A DNA stretch of 64,000 nt, taken from positions 2,790,001 through 2,854,000 of the forward strand of contig OX597838.1 of NCBI GenBank assembly GCA_951406725.2, read 5' to 3'. Shown piece by piece: positions 54,055 through 64,000 of this stretch (position 1 is the first letter of the stretch; every line of letters begins with the position of its first letter). The notes beneath the pieces are model-generated. The model saw only the letters and a program-made list of their open reading frames with translations. It did not search any database and was not told the DNA's origin. Source of the stretch: Octopus vulgaris (taxonomy: Eukaryota). The position numbers and the translations under genes were made by a program.

Positions 54055-54696
54055 ACAGGAAAGGTTAACACTATGAAAAACCTCGTCCAACAAAATTCAA
54101 AATGTATTAAACCAGACGATAAATTAGTATCAACAATGTACAGCAAAATGTTCAAATTAAAATAAGTTTCTTATAAAATACAAACCACGAAGATGTAAAC
54201 CTGCGAAGAAACTATTAATATATAATGTGATTTCTAAATTCGATTGTAAATGTGAATAAATGCAAACTTTACGATTCTATATGTTGAATTTGCAGACTCA
54301 CTTGCATTTGCAACGAAGAGAAATATTGTAATGTGCTACACGACGAAACATAGCACAAAGATAGGTGAGAAAACATTAGTAGACAATATATTCATACTCT
54401 ACAGAATTCTTTATGAAAGTCGATAATTAATCATAGAAGCAATACTCATAACACAGCAAATTGCAAAAACAAACGTGAATATAAAACAATTTGATCGAAA
54501 CAAAAATAATCACCTCATGTTACGTATAATGTTTGGAGTCAAAACTCAAATTCCAGCCGTCACGTCTGCACCAGTAGCATTGTTATTCATAAGGAAGAGA
54601 TAGCCACATCCAGCTTCATCCTGAACATAAGACTGTGGATGCCCAGAAATGTTATGGAAACATTTAGAAATTGTGTGTGCGTGTGTGGGGGGGGGT

Positions 54697-55076
54697 CTTT
54701 TATCTTTTATTTGTTTCAGTCTTACACTGCGGTCATACTGGGGCACCACTTTGAAGAATTTTAATCGAACGGATTGATCCCAGAGATTTTCTGAGCCTAA
54801 TACTTACTCTATCGGTTTCTTTTGCTAAACTGTAGGGACGTAAACACACCAACACCAATTGCCAAACGGTGTGTGGTGGGGGCGGTGGAACAAGTACAGA
54901 TACAGATATATATCTACTTATAAATAACAGGATCGTTTCCGTCTACCAAATCCACCCGCAATGGCTTGGTCGACCGGAGGCTTTAGTAGAAGACACTTGC
55001 CGAAGGTGCCACGCATTGGAACTAAACTCAAAACCACGTGGCTGGGAAACAAACTTCCTACCGTAGTGCCACGCCT
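54697..55076 (-). mobile_element. SINE family A, diverged
   Basis: TTTCAGTC...GGGCACCAC...GGGACGTAAACACACC...CCGTCTACCAAATCCAC...AGAAGACACTTGCC. Confidence 0.82.
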
Positions 55077-55179
55077 GTATTTATACACACGCACAAATAC
55101 ATATATGCATTAATAAGTATACGTATTTACCAGGATTGTACCGAGATTAACGTAAAGGTGGGTAAAAACCTTTTCATTA

Positions 55180-55250
55180 ACTGCGGGTTCAAAGATCGGG
55201 TTCGACGAAGGCGCAATTGCATCGACAACATCTTCAGCTGGAGCTTTGTA
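55180..55250 (+). mobile_element. Possible LINE reverse-transcriptase relic
   Basis: With one frameshift it reads GF-RRRRNCIDNIFS, resembling the QxGFRxxRSxxDxIF motif of non-LTR RTs. Short match only. Confidence 0.35.
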
Positions 55251-55321
55251 TAGGATAAGGGTTACTCTGCGAAGACGTGCAGTAAGGGACGTTCCACCCT
55301 CAGAACTTCCTTGAAGTTCCT

Positions 55322-55514
55322 CCAACAGAAGAAAGAGTGAGAGAAAGTCGTGGCGAGAGAGTACAGCAGGGATCGCCACCACCCCTTGCCAGAGCCTCGT
55401 GGAGCTTTAGGTGTTTTCGCTAAATAAACACTCACGACGCCCGGTCTGGGAATCGAAACCGCGATCCTACAACCGCGAGTCCGCTGCCCTAACCACTGGG
55501 CCAATGCGCCTCCA
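55322..55514 (-). mobile_element. SINE family D
   Basis: Minus strand: GGAGGCGCATTGGCCCAGTGGTTAGGGCAGCGGACTCGCGG...GGTTTCGATTCCCAGACCGGGC..., the same family as 25300-25758. Confidence 0.92.
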
Positions 55515-55527
55515 TATGTATATATAT

Positions 55528-55661
<134 letters not shown>

Positions 55662-55753
55662 TATATACATATATATACATATATATACATATATATATAC
55701 ATATATATATACATATATATACATATATATATATATACATATATATACATATA

Positions 55754-55788
<35 letters not shown>

Positions 55789-56067
55789 GTGTGTGTAGGT
55801 AGGTAGGTTTTATGAGCACAGGTGTGTATTGATGTAAGTGTGTATAAATATACATACATACATCGATGCACACAGCTTAACTACTTTATCTCTTTTTTTA
55901 AAAAAATCATATGAATAACTAACAAGTAATTAATTATATTATACCTTCAGGACAACAGTTGTCTGGACATGTTTATGGAGTTAGAGTTCGGTTGTGTATG
56001 GGTGGGAGGGTATATGTGTGTGTGTGTGTGTTTAAATGCACATACTTCTACTTATATGAGTATATGC

Positions 56068-56151
<84 letters not shown>

Positions 56152-56307
56152 TCATATACTAATGTACACATTTGCATATATACATATATGTGATATTTAT
56201 GCACGTTTATATGTGTATACGTACTGTGTTTTATGCCTTGTAGGTTATATATATATCCGTGTACACACACATATATATATATATATACATTCATACATAA
56301 TTGTGAA

Positions 56308-56353
<46 letters not shown>

Positions 56354-56492
56354 TATATATATATGAATATATATATATATACTTATATATATGTATATAT
56401 ATATATACGTATATATATATATATATATCTGTATACATATATATATTTCTGTAACTATATATACATATATATATGTATATACACACATACAC

Positions 56493-56523
<31 letters not shown>

Positions 56524-56581
56524 AAGATATGTGTGTGACTATGTATGTGTGTCCGTGCATGTGTAGGTGTGTATGTTTGTT

Positions 56582-56614
<33 letters not shown>

Positions 56615-57083
56615 GGATGGATGGATGTAAAATGGTGGCGATAATTGGCAAGGAACTCCTGAAGTCAATGACCTCGTTACAGAAATAATCAATGCATACA
56701 AAAGTTTCTCTGTGTCCTTCGACAAGTCACTTAACCATTTCCTGTTTCTCACACAACCTTTACTTTAACGCACGGATTTGGGAGGCGAGGTGGCGGAATG
56801 TGGGAGGAATGGGCGGGGCAGTGGGGGAGGATTTTGCTTCTGATTTTTTTTTTACGGCCCTGCCAATAAGTGGATTTGTGATTATTGGATATTGATCATC
56901 CGATGAAGGTGTATCGGACGGTTTGTATGTTGATTAATAAATCAATGCAGGCATATGTAAATGAGTGTACACACTCACACACACACACATACACATACAC
57001 AAAAGTATATCTAAATATATATGCATACATACACACATATACACGTGGGTGCGTATATTACTTATTATACACTCACAAACACA

Positions 57084-57208
57084 CGCAGCGAATTGGCAGA
57101 TTGCATTAGACAGGTAGAGAAAATGCTCTTTGTTCTGGCTGTTGGGTATCTGAGTTCAAATCCCATTGCGGTCAACGTTTTTCTTTTAAACCTTTCGGTA
57201 TAAATTAA
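57084..57208 (+). mobile_element. SINE family B, very old copy
   Basis: GCGAATTGGCAGA...AAATGCT...CTGAGTTCAAATCCC...GGTCAAC. Confidence 0.6.
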
Positions 57209-57666
57209 ATTTAAAAAAACATCATTCCAAGCTGAAGGATTGGTGGGATTGGTGGAAGAAATACCACTAGGTATATAGTGCCTTGTGGTATTTATTCTGA
57301 AACTTTGCAATCTGAGTCGTTGGTAGACTAAATTTCTGTTTACCACCACTTCTTTAGCCTTGGATATCATTAGTGGACCCATCTGTGTTGCCAACATTCG
57401 GGCCAGGTCCCCGTTTCAACGACACTTTCTCTATTGAGCTCTTTATCCTCTCCCGGGGTTATATAAACAGATTGGATGCCTGTTTCCCTGGGATTGGTCA
57501 TATTGATGTAGGCACCTCTGGTGAGAATCCAGTATATTCGAAAATCGAATAATGTTGTTCATTTTGTCAATCTATGGAGAAATAGCCAAACTGGCCCCGT
57601 TTATACATGTACTATATAGGTTTACACACACACATACACTCACACACACGCACATACACTCACACA

Positions 57667-57710
<44 letters not shown>

Positions 57711-57715
57711 TACAT

Positions 57716-57779
<64 letters not shown>

Positions 57780-57976
57780 ATTCAAGTAAAGATTATAAAA
57801 CTCATTAAGGTATAATAAATTCAATGAAAATACTGGTTAGTTATCAATCTATAGAAAGTTCAACTATAAGATAACCATATAAACCGTGGTTCATATATTT
57901 ATAGATTTAAAAAATAAGGGGAAAATGGAGAGGTAATTAATAAACTATCATTTATTAATTATGAAATATGACAACA

Positions 57977-58062
57977 TCTCTGACAGCTGTTTCGATTCAG
58001 TAATCTTTAGATAATTAATTTATAAAATCAAAATCATTATAAGATGAATCTCTTCAGAGGTA
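57977..58062 (-). ncRNA. Type I hammerhead ribozyme motif with complete catalytic core
   Basis: Minus strand: CT-CTGAAGA-GATTCA-(AT-rich hairpin)-TGAATC-GAAA-CAGCTG-TC-AG. Canonical CUGANGA, G10.1:C11.1, GAAA, palindromic helix III and GUC triplet; helix I is only about 2-3 bp. Confidence 0.72.
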
Positions 58063-58161
58063 GTAAAGATATACCGATTAGAACTACATGTAAAGTGTGT
58101 GCATTTTCCTTCTTTTATCATATATATATATACATAGATGTATTTCTCCATTTTCTTATCT

Positions 58162-58194
<33 letters not shown>

Positions 58195-58197
<3 letters not shown>

Positions 58198-58408
58198 ATC
58201 CAAACAAGAAAGCACAAAAAAACACAACAACGCGAGGACGTGGAACAAATATAGTATTATTTGACGCTCAGGAAAGAAGGAAAGAAGGCGGTTTTAACGT
58301 TTCGAGCGGAGCTCTTCGCCGGAAACATAGGAGAAGGAAAGATCCAGAGAAGAGAAGACAGAGGAAAAAAAATCGCCAACGGTACACACGAGGTCACATT
58401 TTGAAAGG
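58195..58408 (-). mobile_element. Short hammerhead-bearing element between (TA)n tracts
   Basis: Minus 58326-58291 GTTT-CCGGCGA-A-GAGC-TCC-GCTC-GAAA-CG-TT-AAAAC; shares TTTCCTGAGCG with the 25052/51636/52220 family. Confidence 0.6.
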
Positions 58409-58428
58409 ATATATATATATATATACGC

Positions 58429-58473
<45 letters not shown>

Positions 58474-60630
58474 TATATACATATGCAAAAGCATATGTAT
58501 GTGATTATGTATACTGTGTTTATACGTATGCGTGTATTTAAATTGTGCGAACATGTGTATTTGTATGTATGCGTACGTGTGCATATATTTATTTGGGCGC
58601 GAATATGTTACCTTTATCTTTTGATTAGTCAAATTCTTTCTTTAAAAAAGAAACTGGTTTCTTGCAAAGCTCGAAAGTTCCATTAGTGAGATTTGGTTAA
58701 CAAAAATGATAAACTGTTACATGTCAAACTTTAGAAAAGTCTTACATATCTTTACTGTACCACTTTTTTAAAGTGTGAGTTAGTCACCTAGTTTGCCTGA
58801 AAATCCCTAGTTTTCAAGTCAAAATTGGTGCCAGGTACACCAATATGTATTGTAAACTGAATTTATAATCTGAATAAGGAAGCTATAGGTTTCTGGAAGG
58901 CAGCTATCTGTAAATATTGTCTTCTTCACTAAATTTGAATAAAATGCTCATATCTGCCGGGTAGCTGACCTTTATGACCGCTCATAATTTTTCTTTTCTG
59001 TCCCTCACAATTATATCAGGTTATTCATTTATTTGTTTGCATTTGGCAGAAGTGTTAATGGCGATGTTCTACCAATATTCCTCGTATTAATACATATGGA
59101 TGCATTCAACAGCAAAACTGGTCTCTTTATTTATTCCAAGACAATCTTCCCTACGGATGGTTTTATAGATTGTTTTAGCAACGAAATAAGATTGTATTGG
59201 AAGGTTAAAAGATTTTCTGGGTGTTATTAAAAGATATTCTGTATAAGAACTGCAAACATATTCTGGGTCAGAAGTTGACCATGCGTAATATTTTTCAAGA
59301 GGTTCCCCGGGGTACATGTAGCATTAGCCATGTGAAATAGAAAAGCCATTAATATCCATCTTCCGCATTTGGTCGAAAAGCTTTCCCTCGATTCGCTACT
59401 GTATATGAACACTTATTCCGACAAAACTCCCTGTGTTTGTAAATTGCTAGATCTACATAGAAAACTGTTGCATAGATCCATATGAAATAAACCATAAATA
59501 TTACAATGCTGTACACATCATTGTGCCTGTCATGGCTCTCACCACTGAGATTAGACTTGTGTGAAAATGCTGATAACACCCGCTGGGATACTGTCGGTTG
59601 TGAGTGGTTGTGTGAAGGGTAAATCGCCCGGTTTTCATAGTCTGTTCTGCGAGTTTTATGGCAACCGTCCAAATTTGTTCACCATTCATTTGGCAGACGT
59701 CTATCGTACTGGCAGCAGACTGGGAACATTCCCAGCTGTTTTGGGAAGAGAGTTGGAGGAGGTGATACTGCTGAGATAGGATGTAAACAAGGGAGATAAC
59801 TTCAACAATTTCCGGTCCATATTTCAGTTAAACGTAGAGTTTGAGATTTCGTCGGAGGCACTTCCTAAAAAGAGTGAAGCCTTCTTTCGACAGCGTAGCA
59901 AGAAATAATTCTAAGCAAATCTCTTCGCGTTAGCCCCGATCTATTGCGATACATCGTTGAGTCTAATAAACCTGCTTCCAGTGAGATTTTGATTCAGTTG
60001 TATCAATTTAAATCAATCAATATGAATCAATATGTCTCCAGTGACAATTCTATGACATGCGCATAGCATTTGTCGTGGATAATACCAGGGATCATCTGGT
60101 ACTAGATGGCAAAAAAGGGACACAAAACAGCACTGGGAGGGGGTTATAATTAAATTTTGTTGCAGGATAAAACAAACATACCAAGGATCAAGTGTTTCGG
60201 GGTTTAAAACAAAAGTCTAGCATTTCTCATACGGCCAGCAGCAGCAACAACTGCAGCAGCAATAACAGCAACAGCAATAGCAACAGCAGCAGCAACAGCA
60301 GCAGCAGCAGCAGCAAGGTGAGAGATGTGCAAGAAATCTAATGAAAAACATTATACCTTTCCTCATTAATACATTTGGCCAGCTATCTGGCTCATTTATT
60401 TCCATTCAATAGTCGCACTTATCGATGGCTTGGCGTGTGTGATAGAGAAAAATCATTACTTAGAAATCTGGAGATTCTTGGACTCTGTGAGAGGGAGAGA
60501 GAGGGAGAGGAATGGCAAGAGAGTCTGGCATCCTAATGATTCCATTAGTTCATAGAATGGTAGAATGGTGAAGATAGGCGTGAAATGTTCGCCACAGATC
60601 TTCAATTGAAAGCCTCTAGAGGAACACGCT

Positions 60631-60691
<61 letters not shown>

Positions 60692-60894
60692 GCATACACT
60701 CACACATAAATATACGTATATATACACATGTACATATGCATACACACATAAGCATGCACGTCTCTCACTCATTCAGTCGCATACATAAACACAAACACTC
60801 TCTTGCCCACACACACATTCACAGATACACATTATGCATATATGCACACAGGTGTGTATAAAAATACATACGCGAGTGTGTGCATATGTACTAC

Positions 60895-60947
<53 letters not shown>

Positions 60948-61029
60948 AACTTGAATCTCACATACATCTATGCATATTTATAAAAGGACACATGTATATA
61001 CACGCATGTAATATATATATATACATACA

Positions 61030-61064
<35 letters not shown>

Positions 61065-61746
61065 GAATATACATACACATGTACTTTCATACTTGCATGT
61101 GTGTATGTATAAATATATATATGTGCGCGCATGCGTGTGCGTGTGTGTATGCAGAGAGAGAGGGAGACGTTCTGCAGTTCAAAATACATGTACACCTCAA
61201 TAACTAGAGTATGTGGATACATAAACATACATACACGTGCACACATACACACTCACATACACACATGCACGCACGCACGCACACAACCACAACCACAACC
61301 ACCACCACTGCTACCATCACCGGATGTTTGTTAGCCAATTAACCAATTAGCCGAAACCAGTACATTGCCAACAGCAGCCGTGTTGTAGAGAAATGGCAGC
61401 AACGGTGGCGTATTGGAACATGGCCGCTGTTGGTGCTATTGTTGTTGTGGTGGTGGTTGTTGTGGTGGTGGTGGTGATGAAATGGTGGTCAGAGATGGTT
61501 GTGGTATTGGTGGTAGTAGGAACAGTGGTGGATGTGGTTGTGATCGGGCAGTCCCAAGTTAGCCCTGACCGATCAAACTTATATTGGTGGAGGGAGGGGT
61601 GAGTGGTGGAGGTGTGAGTCGTGGTGGTGGTGGTGGTGGTGGTCATCGTCGTCGTCGACGAGGTGGTCGTGGTGGGTTGGCGGCGATAGTGCAGTCCCGG
61701 GTCAACCCTATCCAAACATATGGTGCTGAATGGTGGTGAAGGTATT

Positions 61747-61842
61747 GGTGGTGGTGGTGGTGGTGGCGGTGGTGGTGGTGGTGGTGGTGGTGGTGGTGGT
61801 GGTGGTGGTGGTGGTGGTGGTGGTGGTGGTGGTGGTGGTGGT
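61747..61842. repeat. (GGT)n microsatellite
   Basis: Seen directly; source of the poly-P/G/T/V ORFs. Confidence 0.97.
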
Positions 61843-62154
61843 TGCATTGAAGATAGAAGGACGGAAATTAGTAGCGAGAGAAGAGGAAGAGACAGAAGAT
61901 GAGGAAAGAGGTATAGGTTTTTGGAAGGTCTTAGAGGTCATCAGGTCATTCGAGGCCTTACTGTTCAGGACAGGTGTTGTATATTTACGTGTGTGCACGT
62001 GTGTGTGTGTGGGGGGGGGTTAAATATGTACACACTCGCGCGCGCGTGCCTCAATACGAAAATACATCAGACCTACATAGACAGGCAGACAGACAAACAG
62101 GCAACCAGACAAGCAGATAAACGGACTGACAGACAGACAGGCAGACAGATAGAC

Positions 62155-62215
<61 letters not shown>

Positions 62216-62233
62216 CATACATATACATTTACT

Positions 62234-62321
<88 letters not shown>

Positions 62322-62648
62322 TATATACATATATATATACATATACACATACACGATTCTGAATTGGGTTGCAAGACTCTTGTATATATATGTGTGTGTG
62401 TGTGTGTGTGTATGTGTACGTATATAAATACACACTTTATTGCACTTGGGCTAAAAGTATAAAATATATCTACATTATATGCACATATTTATTTATATAT
62501 ACACGCACACACACACACACACACACAGCACACACGTTTATACACATACATGCTTACATAACTGCATACATATACATACTTACAGATACACACACGTGCA
62601 TATCAATATACATATGTAAGTATTAACATGTATATATATATATATATA

Positions 62649-62707
<59 letters not shown>

Positions 62708-64000
62708 AGATTAGTTATATAAGAGGTGTCAGGCTGCAATGCCTGCTGCCACAGACATCGCCGGTTCACTGAAGTGTACCAGACAGCGTGTGTAGCCAAG
62801 TGTAGCAGGATGCGCAGTCATGCGTAGTGGCCAGCCAAAAAGTAAGGAAAAACAACAACGCAAACCAGGTTAAAAGAGTTTTGGGGAAAAGGAAGCGAAA
62901 GGAATGAAAAAAAAGACATTCTAAAATAGGGAGAGCAATGATTGGTGTGTATCTATATACATATATATATATATACGCACACACATTCAATATATATATA
63001 TATATATATACAAACACACCAATGAAGGGATTGATTGGTGAAAGTTTGTACTATGGTCGTTGCTGTCTTTGTGGTGGTGGTGGTGGTGGTGGTTTTAATG
63101 CTTGTGGGTGTGGCGGGGGTGGCTGCTAGTGTTATTTGAGTGTAGTTTGTGTGTTGGTGGTTGTACTGCGTGTAATAGTGTTACAGTGATAGTATTATGG
63201 TAGTTGTATCATACTTATGTAGTTACGGTGGTGGTGGTGGTGGTGGTGGTGGTGGTGGCGGTGATGGTGGTAGTGGTGGCGGTGATGGTGGCGGTGTTGG
63301 TGGCAGCATTGTTGGCCGTGATCGTGTTTGGATGTTTGTCTTAGGGTGGCGGGGCTATGCGTACGTGATCTTCGAATACATTGATCTTCGGCTTTATGAT
63401 TATCCCACGAAGATATCCACCAGATTCTGAATGCACTGTGTATACGTTGTTGTACTCACACACACACACACACACACACACAACCACACACACATACACA
63501 CACACACACATAAACGAACATATACATACATATATACATCGGCCGCCACACCTCTCAGGATTTTATCTCTAATAAGCGATGAGATCCAAGGTGGACTAAG
63601 ACACTTCGTAATCTTTGGCTTGAGGCTGACCATTTCCCAGATTGATGTGGCACCTATTGGTGATGTCTGGCAGCGAGTTAGACTGAAATGAGGTAGAATA
63701 TAGTGTTCTGACTAGAAATATCGCGACTAGCGTGTACTGAGTTTGAACTCATCACCCACAGGTCAGTAAACCTGTACATCATTTCATCCGCCAGCTTGTT
63801 TGGGAATTTTATGTAATGTTGGCGAGATCATTTATAACGTAGGGAGGCACAACATGACAAGCAGACACTTATATACAAGGTTATAGTTACAGATGCACAC
63901 ACACACATACGTGTACATACAAACGAAGAAATACATACGTAAATACACAAGCACACACTTTTATAAACATCCAAACATATACTCATGCATAAATACGCAA

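Noticed and set aside
57220-57530. Possible CR1/L2 LINE 3' relic (EGLV...GPRFN...NRLDACF)
   Set aside because: Only scattered short motifs across frameshifts; too weak to list without a search.

Overview
AT-rich, microsatellite-saturated animal genomic DNA. The tRNA-headed SINE families and the load of (TA)n, (CA)n, (TATG)n, (GATA)n and (TAA)n repeats look like an Octopus genome (inference, no database search). I find no host protein-coding exon: almost every ORF in the supplied track is a translated microsatellite or SINE, so the window is most likely a large intron or intergenic regulatory domain. Supported content: (1) roughly 35 full or partial copies of four tRNA-derived SINE families, labelled A-D here, plus an (AAC)n-tailed short repeat E; (2) relics of RLE-type (R4/Dong-like) non-LTR retrotransposons sitting in (TAA)n and, for one family, in (CATA)n microsatellites; (3) a dispersed set of short, non-coding, (TA)n-associated elements carrying minimal type I hammerhead-ribozyme motifs with palindromic helix III, several in inverted-repeat arrangements (Penelope-like or retrozyme-like), which is the most interesting system here; (4) a ~460-bp SINE fold-back palindrome and several (TA)n-centred fold-backs; (5) a compact three-way-junction RNA-like structure at 18951-19074; (6) short unique islands with YY1/Pho, CRE, NRF1/E2F, POU and IR1 motifs, and a ~1.9-kb repeat-free island near 59 kb. 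Coordinates were read by eye and may be off by a few bases.
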